A stretch of DNA of 64,000 bases, from NCBI GenBank assembly GCA_013151415.1, contig JAADII010000169.1, positions 2,545 to 66,544 of the forward strand, given 5' to 3'. The position numbers and the translations under genes were made by a program. The notes beneath the pieces were generated by a model. That model made no database searches, was not told where the DNA came from, and saw only the letters and a list, made by a program, of their open reading frames with translations. The DNA comes from Chloroflexota bacterium (lineage in GTDB: Bacteria; Chloroflexota; Anaerolineae; J102). This document shows, in pieces, positions 38,992-51,099 of the stretch (position 1 is its first letter; the number at the start of each line of letters is the position of its first letter).

Positions 38992-40401
38992 ATGTCTTTA
39001 CGAGTTTACAACACCCTCAGCCGAAAGAAAGAAGAATTCAAAACGCTGGAGCCGGGCGTGGTGCGCATGTATGTGTGCGGTCCCACGGTGTACGATGACG
39101 CGCACATCGGCCACGCCATGTCGGCCATTGTGTTCGATGTGATCCGACGCTATCTAGAATACAAGGGGTATGAAGTCATCCATGTCATGAATTTTACAGA
39201 CGTGGATGACAAAATCATCAACCGGGCGCGTGAAACAGGCCAAGAACCATTGAAGTTGGCGCAATATTACATCGATCGCTTCATGGAGCACATGGCCCAA
39301 TTGCACATCAAGCCGCCCACAATCATGCCGCGCGTGTCCACCACCATCGATGAAATCATCGACATGGTGCAGACGCTGATCGAGCGCGGCTATGCGTATG
39401 AGTCGGAGGGCGACGTCTATTTTCGGGTGCGGATGGACGATGATTACGGCAAGCTCAGTCGCCGTAAACTGGAGCACGCGGTGAGCAGCGAACGCCAACG
39501 CTTTGGCGACGAACTGAAAGAGGACCCGGCCGATTTCGCCTTGTGGAAGGCGCAAAAAAGCCCAGACGAACCGGCCTGGCCTAGCCCCTGGGGCATGGGC
39601 CGTCCGGGCTGGCATATCGAGTGCTCGGCCATGGCGCGGCGCTATCTGGGCCCCACCATCGATATTCATGGCGGCGGGACAGACCTCATCTTTCCCCACC
39701 ACGAAAATGAGATCGCGCAAAGTGAAAGCTGCAACGCCGCGCCCCTGGCCACTTATTGGCTGCACAACGGCATGTTGCAACTACGCGGGGAAAAGATGTC
39801 CAAGTCGCTGGGCAACATCATCTCCATCGATGAATTGCTTTCACAATATGAAGCCGATGTCTTCCGCATCCTGGTGCTGGGCTCGCATTATCGCAAGCCT
39901 TTGGCTTATGACGACGAGGTGATGGAGCAGGCGCGTCGAGGATTGGAGCGGCTACGCGGTGCGTTGCGCCCTCCAACCGGCGAGAAAACCGAAGGGCCGG
40001 AAGTTGAGGCGTTGCAAGAGGCTGTACAGCTGGCTCGCGAACGTTTCGAGGCCGCGATGGACGATGATTTCAACACGGCCGGCGCGCTGGGCCATCTCTA
40101 TGACCTGGTGAAAGCCATCAACACCGCGCGCGCCGCGGGCATAGGCGGCGAACCTTTCGAGAAAGCGCAGAGCGAGCTCAAGACCCTGGCCAGCGTGCTT
40201 GGCTTGCAATTGGAAACGCAAGCTCGAGCCGCGTCGGACGCCGCGCCATTCATCGAATTGTTGCTCGAGGTGCGTTCGACACTGCGCAAACAAAAGCAAT
40301 GGGACCTGGCCGATTATATTCGCGATGGCCTGGCCAAGCTCGGCGTGCAGGTGGAGGATACTCGCGATGGCTCCACCTGGCGTTGGGAAAAGCGCGAGTA
40401 A
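38992..40401 (+). CDS. cysS: Cysteine--tRNA ligase
   Basis: Motifs [29 protein letters not shown] and KMSKS. Confidence 0.98.
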   Translation: MSLRVYNTLSRKKEEFKTLEPGVVRMYVCGPTVYDDAHIGHAMSAIVFDVIRRYLEYKGYEVIHVMNFTDVDDKIINRARETGQEPLKLAQYYIDRFMEHMAQLHIKPPTIMPRVSTTIDEIIDMVQTLIERGYAYESEGDVYFRVRMDDDYGKLSRRKLEHAVSSERQRFGDELKEDPADFALWKAQKSPDEPAWPSPWGMGRPGWHIECSAMARRYLGPTIDIHGGGTDLIFPHHENEIAQSESCNAAPLATYWLHNGMLQLRGEKMSKSLGNIISIDELLSQYEADVFRILVLGSHYRKPLAYDDEVMEQARRGLERLRGALRPPTGEKTEGPEVEALQEAVQLARERFEAAMDDDFNTAGALGHLYDLVKAINTARAAGIGGEPFEKAQSELKTLASVLGLQLETQARAASDAAPFIELLLEVRSTLRKQKQWDLADYIRDGLAKLGVQVEDTRDGSTWRWEKRE

Positions 40402-40453
40402 AAGAAACCGCGAGCAAGGATGCAGATGGAAAGAACGCGGGCAGGAAAGAAAG

Positions 40454-41257
40454 ATGAGTCGAAAGCGGCGACAAACCAGAAACGCATCCCATTCTTGGGA
40501 CGACGGCCGCGGTCGAAAGCTGCTTTATGGTCGTCAGGCTGTGCGCGAAGCGCTACGCGCGGGACGCCGTTCGTTGCATGCGCTTTACCTGGCCCAAGGG
40601 ATCAAGTCCAGCCCCGTGCTAGACGACATCCACCGGCTGGCCGAAGCGCGCGGGGTTCTGGTCGAGCAGGTGGAGCGCCGGGTCCTGGATGAATGGTTGG
40701 GCCATACGCATCATCAGGGCGTCGCTTTGGCCGCGGGGCCTTATCCTTACGCCACCCCATTTCAGGCCCTGACCCTGGCCCGCGAGCGCGGCGAAGACCC
40801 TTTCTTACTTCTATTGGATCGCGTGCAAGATCCTCAAAATCTTGGCTCTTTATTGCGCACAGCCGAGGCATGCGGAGTGCATGGCGTCATTTTTCCACGC
40901 CATCGAGCGGCCGAAGTCACGCCGGCTGTGGTCAATGCTTCGTCTGGCGCCGTCGAGCATTTATTGGTGTGCCAAGAGACAAATCTTGTGCGCACCATGA
41001 ACGAGTTGAAGAAAGAAGGCTTGTGGTTGGCTGGGTTGGAGCGCCGCGACGACGCCATCCCTTTTGACAAAGCTGACTTGAGCGGTCCGTTGGGGGTGGT
41101 GGTTGGGTCCGAAGGATTCGGCTTAAGCCGCCTGGTGGCCGAGACCTGTGATTGGTTGCTCGCCCTGCCCATGAAGGGCCGCATCAACTCACTCAACGCC
41201 GCGGTGGCCGGATCGATTCTGATTTTTCATGTTATGCAACAAAGACTGAACAGATGA
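40454..41257 (+). CDS. rlmB: 23S rRNA G2251 2'-O-methyltransferase
   Basis: Motifs HQGV, QDPQNLGSLLRTA, GSEGFG and SLNAAVA; follows cysS. Confidence 0.92.
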   Translation: MSRKRRQTRNASHSWDDGRGRKLLYGRQAVREALRAGRRSLHALYLAQGIKSSPVLDDIHRLAEARGVLVEQVERRVLDEWLGHTHHQGVALAAGPYPYATPFQALTLARERGEDPFLLLLDRVQDPQNLGSLLRTAEACGVHGVIFPRHRAAEVTPAVVNASSGAVEHLLVCQETNLVRTMNELKKEGLWLAGLERRDDAIPFDKADLSGPLGVVVGSEGFGLSRLVAETCDWLLALPMKGRINSLNAAVAGSILIFHVMQQRLNR

Positions 41258-41280
41258 CGAAACCATAACGCCCTCTCGCC

Positions 41281-41892
41281 ATGACTTTTCTCGCCCTCGC
41301 CTTTTCCCTGGGACTCAGCGCCGGCCTCGCGCCCGGCCCGCTATTCGCGTTGGTCATTCAACGCAGTTTGCAATTTGGGCTGAAAAGCGGCATACGGGTG
41401 GCTTTGGCGCCCCTGCTTTCCGATTTGCCCATCGTTGTCATCTCACTTTGGCTGGTGGGTCGCTTGCCCCAACGCGCGCTCGACGCCATGCTTGTGATCG
41501 GAGGATTGTTCGTCATCTGGCTAGGCGTGGATAGCCTGCGTCATGGCGTGAATGCAGCCGAGACCGAAGCGCACGCCAGCGTGAGCAAAGACCTGTGGCA
41601 AGCCGTGCTGGCCAATGTGCTCAATCCGCACCCCTATCTTTTTTGGGCTTTGGTGGGCGCGCCCATCGTCATTCGCGCCTGGCGCGTCTCGCCTGCCCAT
41701 GCGGCCATTTTTATCATCGTATTTTATACTTTGTTGGTGGGCAGCAAGATCGCCCTGGCCTTTTTCTTTAGCCGGGCGCGAGGGTTGCCCGAGCGCCACC
41801 AACGCTGGCTTATCCATGCTTCCTCCTGGCTTCTTCTGGGTGTGGGCGCGTATATGCTTTATTCCGCTGCAATCAATTTTGGGCTGTTTTGA
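41281..41892 (+). CDS. LysE family translocator
   Basis: Motifs APGP and NVLNPHPYLFW; hydrophobic throughout. Confidence 0.9.
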   Translation: MTFLALAFSLGLSAGLAPGPLFALVIQRSLQFGLKSGIRVALAPLLSDLPIVVISLWLVGRLPQRALDAMLVIGGLFVIWLGVDSLRHGVNAAETEAHASVSKDLWQAVLANVLNPHPYLFWALVGAPIVIRAWRVSPAHAAIFIIVFYTLLVGSKIALAFFFSRARGLPERHQRWLIHASSWLLLGVGAYMLYSAAINFGLF

Positions 41893-41931
41893 ACGCCTTT
41901 TCATCGTGAATTGCGCCCACCGGTTTTGTCT

Positions 41932-42834
41932 ATGATCATGATCTCTCCCTTGCATTATCGCGAACTGTCCGCTGTGGTCGCGTTGGTCGACGAGGCGAAC
42001 GCGGCCTTGCCTTATCACTGGCCGCTCACGCCCAACGGCTTTCGCGAGATGGTTTTGTTGCACGATGGCGCGCCCCACGCGATTCTTGAGATCAACCCCG
42101 ATGGATGGTTGGTGGCCTCGGAAAAGGGACGGGTGGTGGGTTTCATACACTGTGCGGTGGGACGGTTGCGCGACGATGAACCCGACAAACGCCGGGGATT
42201 TGTACGCCATCTCGCCATACATCAAGACGCGCCGGATGAAACAGCCGCCGCCCTGTTGCAAGAGGCCGAACGCTTCTTCCGCGCGCGGGGGGTGTCGCAT
42301 ATCGATGTCCATCACATGCGCACGGGATATCCCTGTCGATTGGCTGGCCGGGGAGCGCTCACCACGCATGACTTTCGCCTGATGGTGGCGTTGGGCGAGG
42401 CCGGCTACGACATTCGCGATCGTTGGCTGATGTATGAGCGTCGCTTCCACGAACACCTCATCGAATTTCCACCGCCCATCGAACGTCTTAGATTGCAAAT
42501 CGAGGATCAGGTGGATGCCGGCTTTTCGTTTTATGCGGCGCAGCACACCGATCCCATCGCTCATCTGCGTATTGGTTATTTGCCAGAACTTTCGGTTCAT
42601 GGCCAAACGCCTACGGCATCGTTGGAGCATCTCTATGTCGAGCAAGGCTTTCGTCGTCGGGGCGTAGGTCGCTGGCTGCTGCAACGCGCGGGAAACGAAC
42701 TCCTCGCGCGCGGATATCCTCGATTGGTGGCCGACATCAACCATCGCGACGAAGCCGCTCAGGCATTGCTCATCCATATGGGTTTCGACGAGCTTCCGCT
42801 AAGCGGCTATTCTTATGGAAAACATTTGGTATGA
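41932..42834 (+). CDS. Tandem GNAT acetyltransferase
   Basis: C-terminal RRRGVGRWLL acetyl-CoA motif; GNAT-like N-terminal half. Confidence 0.85.
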   Translation: MIMISPLHYRELSAVVALVDEANAALPYHWPLTPNGFREMVLLHDGAPHAILEINPDGWLVASEKGRVVGFIHCAVGRLRDDEPDKRRGFVRHLAIHQDAPDETAAALLQEAERFFRARGVSHIDVHHMRTGYPCRLAGRGALTTHDFRLMVALGEAGYDIRDRWLMYERRFHEHLIEFPPPIERLRLQIEDQVDAGFSFYAAQHTDPIAHLRIGYLPELSVHGQTPTASLEHLYVEQGFRRRGVGRWLLQRAGNELLARGYPRLVADINHRDEAAQALLIHMGFDELPLSGYSYGKHLV

Positions 42835-42852
42835 ACTACTGCTTTGAAAATA

Positions 42853-42940
42853 GACGATAAGACCATAAGACGATAGGACGATGGGGTTAGGTTCGGCCAT
42901 GGTCTCATCGTCCTATGGCCCCATCGTCTACCTTGGTCTA
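42853..42940. repeat. Inverted array of GACGATRG octamers
   Basis: GACGATAA GACCATAA GACGATAG GACGATGG, followed by the complementary TGGTCTCATCGTCCTATGGCCCCATCGTC. Confidence 0.75.
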
Positions 42941-43022
42941 CGTTGGTCGGCGCAAGCGATTTTCATCCGTATCGGAGCGGGCAAGCCCGCGGTTCGATTG
43001 CATCGGAACCAGGAGTTGCGCT

Positions 43023-43463
43023 TTGCATAACACATCTCGAACCTATAAACCCACCCCCACCTATGCCATAGGCGCGCTCATTCTCACCGCGGCCGCGGTG
43101 TGGCTGGGCGTGCAGTTTTGGCGCGAGCCGGAAATCTTGCTGGGCATCTTCTTCGCGGGCGTGGCCATCGTGGCCTTGAGCATGCTCACCGGCCTTTTCG
43201 CGCGCGTCGAGTTTGATGGCCAAACCCTAACCTATCGTTCCATCCTAAGGTCAGGACACCGGATCGACCTGACGCAAATCGATTCGGTGAGCCTGGAAGG
43301 CCGACGCACACGCGCGCTGGTGATCATGTATCATCCGCTCGATAAGGAGAAGCGTATCGATGTTGAGCGCCTAAAGTTTATCAATATGCCGCCTTTGCAA
43401 AATCAGGAAGATCTGTACGAACGCCTAATGGAGGCGCTGGGGCATGACGACGCGCGCGCCTGA
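43023..43463 (+). CDS. Two-TM membrane protein with bacterial PH-like domain
   Basis: AGGAG RBS with TTG start, 2 TM helices, beta-rich tail (IDLTQIDSVSL). Confidence 0.65.
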   Translation: MHNTSRTYKPTPTYAIGALILTAAAVWLGVQFWREPEILLGIFFAGVAIVALSMLTGLFARVEFDGQTLTYRSILRSGHRIDLTQIDSVSLEGRRTRALVIMYHPLDKEKRIDVERLKFINMPPLQNQEDLYERLMEALGHDDARA

Positions 43464-44484
43464 AGCCCTGGTGTGGGGCGTGCGGCGCTATTTGGCCGCG
43501 CGAGGGGCTGAAATTCGGGCCGTGCATCGCCAACCGTTTCAGGGGGGATTATCGGGCAGCGCGCTGGAATACTGGCATTTGAGCTTGCGTCGAGCAGGCA
43601 TGCAGACCAACATGACGGTGGTTTACAAACGGGGAAAAACGGTGGAGGGCGCGTTCATGCGCGGCGCGGCCCGTCGCGAGGTCATGGCCTATGCGCATCT
43701 GCCCGAGCGCATCCCTCTGGGCATGCCCACGGTCGTGGCCTTCGATGCGGTCACGGGCGACCTGTGGCTGTTGCCTTTTCCCCCGGTCAAGCACACAAAT
43801 CACTGGCTGGCCGACTGGGATGAGGCTGATGTGCGACGCACCCTGGACGATCTGGCCAAATTGCACGCCGCGTTTTGGGATGCGCGCGACGCGCTGGCCC
43901 AATGGCCCTGGTTGCGCGATCCCCTGGGCCGCGAGGCGGAAGCGCTGCTTGCGGAGGGACGCGCGAGTCTCGAATGCATTCAGACGGCCAAAGCCTTTGA
44001 CCAACATCTCACCCCCGACCGGGTGGCGCGACTGATGGCCCTGGCCAAACAACCCAACCCCCTTTTTCAGGCCCTGACCGCCTTGCCCCCCACCTTGCTC
44101 CACGGGGACGCAGGTTTTCAGAACGTGGCCATCACGCAAGATGGCCGACGTCGGCTGTGGTACGATTGGCAACTGGTGGGCTTTGGCCCCGCCACCCTCG
44201 ACCTGGTCACCTATCTCCACCCTTGGGCCTATCCCGACGCGAACCCACCCCTTTCTCTGGAAACGATGACCGAAGTCTACCTCGAGCGGCTCGCTCAACG
44301 GGGACATGTCGTCCGCCGCGACGCCTTTACCCGAGCGCTCGATGCGGCCTTGCTCTGGCGATGGCTGGTGCAGTGGGCGCCCTTATTGGGGCAATATCGC
44401 GAGCGCCTGCGACCAACCGTGCTCGAACGCCTTTACGCCGCGTTCGAGCGTCTCCACTGGCCCGCGCTGATCCGCGGCGTCTGA
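43444..44484 (+). CDS. Aminoglycoside/choline-kinase-like phosphotransferase
   Basis: Motifs LAKLHAAFW, TLLHGD...N, YDWQ and DL. Confidence 0.88.
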   Translation: MTTRAPEALVWGVRRYLAARGAEIRAVHRQPFQGGLSGSALEYWHLSLRRAGMQTNMTVVYKRGKTVEGAFMRGAARREVMAYAHLPERIPLGMPTVVAFDAVTGDLWLLPFPPVKHTNHWLADWDEADVRRTLDDLAKLHAAFWDARDALAQWPWLRDPLGREAEALLAEGRASLECIQTAKAFDQHLTPDRVARLMALAKQPNPLFQALTALPPTLLHGDAGFQNVAITQDGRRRLWYDWQLVGFGPATLDLVTYLHPWAYPDANPPLSLETMTEVYLERLAQRGHVVRRDAFTRALDAALLWRWLVQWAPLLGQYRERLRPTVLERLYAAFERLHWPALIRGV

Positions 44485-44488
44485 ATGA

Positions 44489-44768
44489 GCGGGAAATGAC
44501 AACGAATTCCGGGATGAAACGAATGGCGCTCGCCGGAACGATTGGCTCGGGCGGGGATGATGGGGAGGGTGGGTGAGTTGCACCTCGCAGGTGCGACTCA
44601 CCTGTGCCCGCGAGGCCGCCGGGGGCTGGAAACCGCCCCGCTACCAAATGGAAGCCCTGCGGGCTGTTCGCCCGCACCGCGCGCGAGGGCCGAAAGGCCC
44701 TTCCACCCAACTAGCCTGCGGCGTTCCAGGCCTGGGCGGGAAATGACAACGAATTCCAGGATGAAACG
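44489..44768. repeat. 33-bp direct repeats enclosing REP/MITE-like palindromes
   Basis: GCGGGAAATGACAACGAATTCC(G/A)GGATGAAACG at 44489 and 44736; hairpin at 44572-44602; imperfect inverted repeat at 44619-44736. Confidence 0.8.
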
Positions 44769-44774
44769 CAATGA

Positions 44775-44940
44775 TGGCCGTCCGTTATTTTACCTCGATG
44801 CCATAGTCCTTCTCCACGACTTCAATGATGCTCTCGAGCATGGCTTTATCCAGACTCAGTTCGGCCACCAGCTTCTTCTTCAGCCGCTCGTTCTCCGCCT
44901 CCAAGGCCTTCAGATCCTCAATTTGGTCTCGGGAGTGTAA
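44775..44940 (-). mobile_element. IS3-family transposase orfA 3' remnant
   Basis: LKALEAENERLKKKLVAELSLDKAMLE matches the IS3 OrfA leucine zipper. An A-rich frameshift-like site ends in a stop (AAAATAA). No OrfB is present. Confidence 0.7.
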
Positions 44941-45158
44941 ACTTATATCAGGATGGGTCAGTTTTGTTTTGAGCAACGCAGCCCTCGCGAAGGGAATCCA
45001 ATCTTATGGTTCCCCCTATTTTGTAGTAAACTATCCTATCGCCCATCGTTTGTCGCCCCATCGTCCGGCCTTTTCCGGCCCTTATAAAAGGGAAACGATG
45101 ACATCTCAAATCACCATTACCTTGTACAAGCAATCCTTCTCCAAATGGAGCAAACATC

Positions 45159-47411
<2,253 letters not shown>

Positions 47412-47438
47412 TTCCAAACATCGTGCCGTCAATCCTTT

Positions 47439-47468
47439 GGGACGATGGGTTTTTCAACCCATCGTCCC
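47439..47468. terminator. Hairpin after maeB (octamer-derived)
   Basis: GGGACGATGGGTT-tttc-AACCCATCGTCCC. Confidence 0.55.
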
Positions 47469-47539
47469 TTCGTCTTATCGCCTGTGCGGTCTCGCGCGGC
47501 TCTTGGCGTCAAAAGCGGTTTTGGTTTAGGATTTTCTTC

Positions 47540-48652
47540 ATGCGCATCGAACGGATCAGTCTTTACAAAATCGCGCTCCCGTTGCTCTTCCCTCTCGAGG
47601 TCAGTTTTGGCCGCTGGACGCATCGCCATTCGGTGTTGGTGCGGGTGGAGGGAGAGGGGCTTGAGGGTTGGGGCGAGTGCCCGGCCGGCGCGTTTCCCGA
47701 TTACAATGCCGAAACCTGGGTCACCGTCCTCTATGTTCTGAAAACGTTTCTCATCCCGCCGCTATTCGATCTGGATGTTCGCGGCCTGGCCGATGTGACC
47801 CAAAGCATGAGTAGGGTGCGAGGTCACGCTTTCGCCAAGACGGGGTTGGAATGGGCCGTGCTCGATTGGCTGGCGCGGGCCGAAGGGATCAGCCTGGCGC
47901 AGAAGTTGGGCGGGACGAGGTCGCGCGCGCCTGTGGGCGTCAGTTTGGGCATCGAGCCGGATATCGAAGAGCTGATGGCGCGGGTCGAGGAGTTTTTGGC
48001 GCGGGGTTACGCGCGCATCAAATTGAAAATCAAGCCGGGTTGGGACATCCATGTGGTGGAGACTTTTCGCAGCCGCCACCCCAACGTCTCTCTCATGGTG
48101 GACGCAAACAACGCCTACCGGTTGCACCATCTTCCTGTTTTTCAGGCTCTGGATGAGATGGAGTTGCTCATGATCGAGCAGCCCCTTGAGCATGATGACA
48201 TCTATTTTCACAGCCTTTTGCAAAAGGAGCTTCGCACGCCCATCACTCTGGATGAATCCATCCAAAGCCCATTGCACGCCCGCGCGGCCATTGCTTTGCA
48301 AGCGTGCCGCGCCATCAACATCAAGCCGGCTCGCATGAGCGGGCCTTCGGCAGCCGTTGCCGTACATGATATTTGCCAAAATGCAGGAATGCCGGTTTGG
48401 CATGGCGGCATGTTGGAGACGGGCGTGGGTCGCGTGGCCAACATTGCCATGGCCGCGCTGCCGAATTTTCGTTTTCCGGCCGACATCTCGGCCTCGGACC
48501 GCTATTTCGCCGAAGACATCATCGACCCGCCCGTGGTTCTCAATTCCGACAGCACAGTCAGCGTTCCTCGCGGGCCGGGCCTGGGCGTGGATGTGAAGCT
48601 CGATCTCGTCGAGAGCCTGGCGCAAATCAAAGAAGTGATAGAGCGCAAATGA
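47540..48652 (+). CDS. menC: o-succinylbenzoate synthase / N-succinylamino acid racemase (enolase superfamily)
   Basis: Motifs GWGEC, KLKIKPGWD, VDANNAY, IEQP, DES, NIKP, GGMLETG and DISAS. Confidence 0.88.
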   Translation: MRIERISLYKIALPLLFPLEVSFGRWTHRHSVLVRVEGEGLEGWGECPAGAFPDYNAETWVTVLYVLKTFLIPPLFDLDVRGLADVTQSMSRVRGHAFAKTGLEWAVLDWLARAEGISLAQKLGGTRSRAPVGVSLGIEPDIEELMARVEEFLARGYARIKLKIKPGWDIHVVETFRSRHPNVSLMVDANNAYRLHHLPVFQALDEMELLMIEQPLEHDDIYFHSLLQKELRTPITLDESIQSPLHARAAIALQACRAINIKPARMSGPSAAVAVHDICQNAGMPVWHGGMLETGVGRVANIAMAALPNFRFPADISASDRYFAEDIIDPPVVLNSDSTVSVPRGPGLGVDVKLDLVESLAQIKEVIERK

Positions 48653-48748
48653 TGTACTGGACAGTGGCGTTTTTTGATCTTGCGCGAATGAACGCGCATT
48701 TTACGAATAAAGCAAGGAAAAAATTCGTCAAACACGCAATTCAAACCC

Positions 48749-49303
48749 ATGCTCCCCAATAGTCATATCGCCTACACCCTGGCCGCGTATCAAGTGGCCA
48801 AAGACAAGCTAAAAAACGTTCCCGATGTCGATTTGCGCGTTCTGGCCCTGGCCGCGATGGGGCCAGACCTCATCGACAAGCCCTTGGCCGCGGTCTATTT
48901 TTATCGTCGTTTCAAATCGGCGGTGCTTTTCGCGCACACGCTCATCGTTCACCTGGCGCTTCTTTTCGTCACCGCGCGCAGGCTCCCGCGACTGTGGCCC
49001 TACACCCTGGCTTTTCTGGGCCATGCGATTCTCGATCGGCTGTGGTTCTTCCCCGACACTTTCTACTGGCCCCTTCGCGGCTGGCGTTTCCATGTCTGGA
49101 CAAAGCAGGGCAGCGAACAAAGCGACATCAAGCTGGCCTATTTATATGCATTCACCCGTCGGCCCGAATTGTGGGGTTGGGAGCTGGGCGGCCTGCTGGC
49201 GGGGATATGGTTCATCTATCGCAACCAGCTTTATCGCCCCTCGCAATTATGGCGTTTGCTCCGCACGGGGCGGATACAAAGCTATGATAACTATGGCGGC
49301 TAA
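48749..49303 (+). CDS. Membrane-bound metal-dependent hydrolase (YdjM-like)
   Basis: Motif pattern H...PDLIDKP...AHT...HAILD. Confidence 0.8.
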   Translation: MLPNSHIAYTLAAYQVAKDKLKNVPDVDLRVLALAAMGPDLIDKPLAAVYFYRRFKSAVLFAHTLIVHLALLFVTARRLPRLWPYTLAFLGHAILDRLWFFPDTFYWPLRGWRFHVWTKQGSEQSDIKLAYLYAFTRRPELWGWELGGLLAGIWFIYRNQLYRPSQLWRLLRTGRIQSYDNYGG

Positions 49304-49369
49304 ATCCCTCCTCGGCTCGTCCTTGGGAAGAAGTGAAAGCTGAACTTATAAACGAAGGGTGGTTATCAT

Positions 49370-49777
49370 CTAGTCCCTCATCAGAGCCTCAAAGCCAGCC
49401 TGAACAAAGTGGTGATCGAACGTAAGCGCACGACGAATCCCCGCATCGCGCATGACTACAAAGGATACACAGTCTATCAATCCCCAGGTTTTGTCCTCAT
49501 ACCGTCGATAGAGCGCGTAGGCTTGCGCAAAGATATCGGGTGTGAGCCTTACGATGTCCACTTCGTCAGAAGACAGGAAGCTGTCAATGACTTCGACAGC
49601 CTGCTGTTTGAAATTGCGCGCCAGAGCATTTCCAATTTCTAACAACACAGCATCTGTGGTAAGAAACCCAGCCCTCTCATACTTATCTGCCGCCTCAAGG
49701 GCCCTCTCATGGTAGGCATCGCGCTGATTGATCAACGCGATTACAAATAAAGTGTCGATGAAAATCCTATTCGACAT
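49370..49777 (-). CDS. VapC-family PIN toxin
   Basis: Motifs IFIDT, DAYH, VLLE, WGLIDCVSF and TFDHHFVQAGF. Confidence 0.92.
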   Translation of the reverse strand: MSNRIFIDTLFVIALINQRDAYHERALEAADKYERAGFLTTDAVLLEIGNALARNFKQQAVEVIDSFLSSDEVDIVRLTPDIFAQAYALYRRYEDKTWGLIDCVSFVVMRDAGIRRALTFDHHFVQAGFEALMRD

Positions 49778-49988
49778 GCTTTTCTCCACTTAAGTAGAGA
49801 TGGAGGTTGGCGGCAAAGTCTGGCGGCGCGTCGATTTTGACGCGTTTCAGCCGAGTCATCAATGAAGGCGTGGGAGTGGCATATTTCTGGGCTTCCAAGT
49901 CTTTGATGATTCGGTATAGTTTATCCAGATCGTCCTCTTCCAAGACATCCAATTCTTCGATGATCATTTGCTTCGTGATCATTTGCAC
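49767..49988 (-). CDS. Putative antitoxin partner of VapC
   Basis: Small acidic ORF overlapping the toxin start; C-terminal IDAPPDFAANLHLYL. Confidence 0.75.
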   Translation of the reverse strand: MQMITKQMIIEELDVLEEDDLDKLYRIIKDLEAQKYATPTPSLMTRLKRVKIDAPPDFAANLHLYLSGEKHVE

Positions 49989-50065
49989 CTCCTTGGGACA
50001 TCGGTTGGCATCCGACGCGAGTCAATTATAATGTTTTGTTCCTGAAAAAACCAATTCGATCATTA

Positions 50066-50827
50066 TCATGAAAACAGGAAGATAAGACTACCGAAGATTA
50101 AGGCGTCGGCCACCGCAGCCAGCAGAACTTGGGAAGACGAGCGCGCATCCACCAACACTGGCGTCAGTCCCCGCCATTCAAGGCGCAGCACCGGCCCTGC
50201 AAACCAGGCGAACACAAGCCCGCCCAGCAGTCCGCCCATGTGGCCCCAATTGTCGATGCCGGGCGAGAGGCCAATGAGAAAATTGATCCCGGCCACAACC
50301 GCGATATTGATGATGGCGCGCTGAGTTCGCTCTCCACCGAAAAAATCGCGATTATGATAGAGCAGCGCGCCCTGCGCGGCGAGAAGGCCAAAAACGGCCG
50401 TGGACGCGCCAAGCGATGGTTGAGGAGTGAAGATCATGGAAAAGACATTGCCCGCGAACCCGCCCAACAGGTACAACAGCAAAAAACGCCAGGGCCCATA
50501 GAAGCGCTCTAAACCCGGGCCCAGAATGTATAGCGCGTACATGTTGAAGCCAATGTGCATGAGCGAACCGTGCAGCAGGATGGGCGTGATGAGCCGCCAA
50601 TATTGACCCGCGGCAATAAGTTCGTTGGATTTGATCCCCAATCCGGCGGGAAGGTCGAACCCATAGACGTTTTCGCTCAGCCATTGCAACAGATAAACCA
50701 CAACCGTGACGCCCATGATCGCATAGGTCATCCTGGGCGAACGGCCAGATGCGCCCAGCGTCATATGAATGGGAGATTCCGCGGCGACGGACTCGTCGGG
50801 CGGTTCAGGAGGCGTTGTTTGATACAT
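50066..50827 (-). CDS. Rhomboid family intramembrane serine protease
   Basis: Motifs YWRL, H...HIGFN, GAS and GHMGG. Confidence 0.93.
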   Translation of the reverse strand: MYQTTPPEPPDESVAAESPIHMTLGASGRSPRMTYAIMGVTVVVYLLQWLSENVYGFDLPAGLGIKSNELIAAGQYWRLITPILLHGSLMHIGFNMYALYILGPGLERFYGPWRFLLLYLLGGFAGNVFSMIFTPQPSLGASTAVFGLLAAQGALLYHNRDFFGGERTQRAIINIAVVAGINFLIGLSPGIDNWGHMGGLLGGLVFAWFAGPVLRLEWRGLTPVLVDARSSSQVLLAAVADALIFGSLIFLFS

Positions 50828-51099
50828 GAGAAAAAGGGGAGAAGGAGCGGCGCATAAAGCCGACGTCAGGGAAAAGAATGATTGAACGCATGCCAATAGA
50901 CTCTGCGCCATTGTACCAGGAAAGCCCGCTTGCGCCCAACAAGCGTTGAATCAATGGCAAAACTTCCCCGCGAGCGACAAATTGCTTATACTTGCAGAGT
51001 CACTCTCAAACAACAGAGAGTCATCCATCGTTGACAATGATTTTTCAATGCGCATTGCCGGCCCCTGATCAATGAATCGCGCCGGCCAATGGAGGCCTT

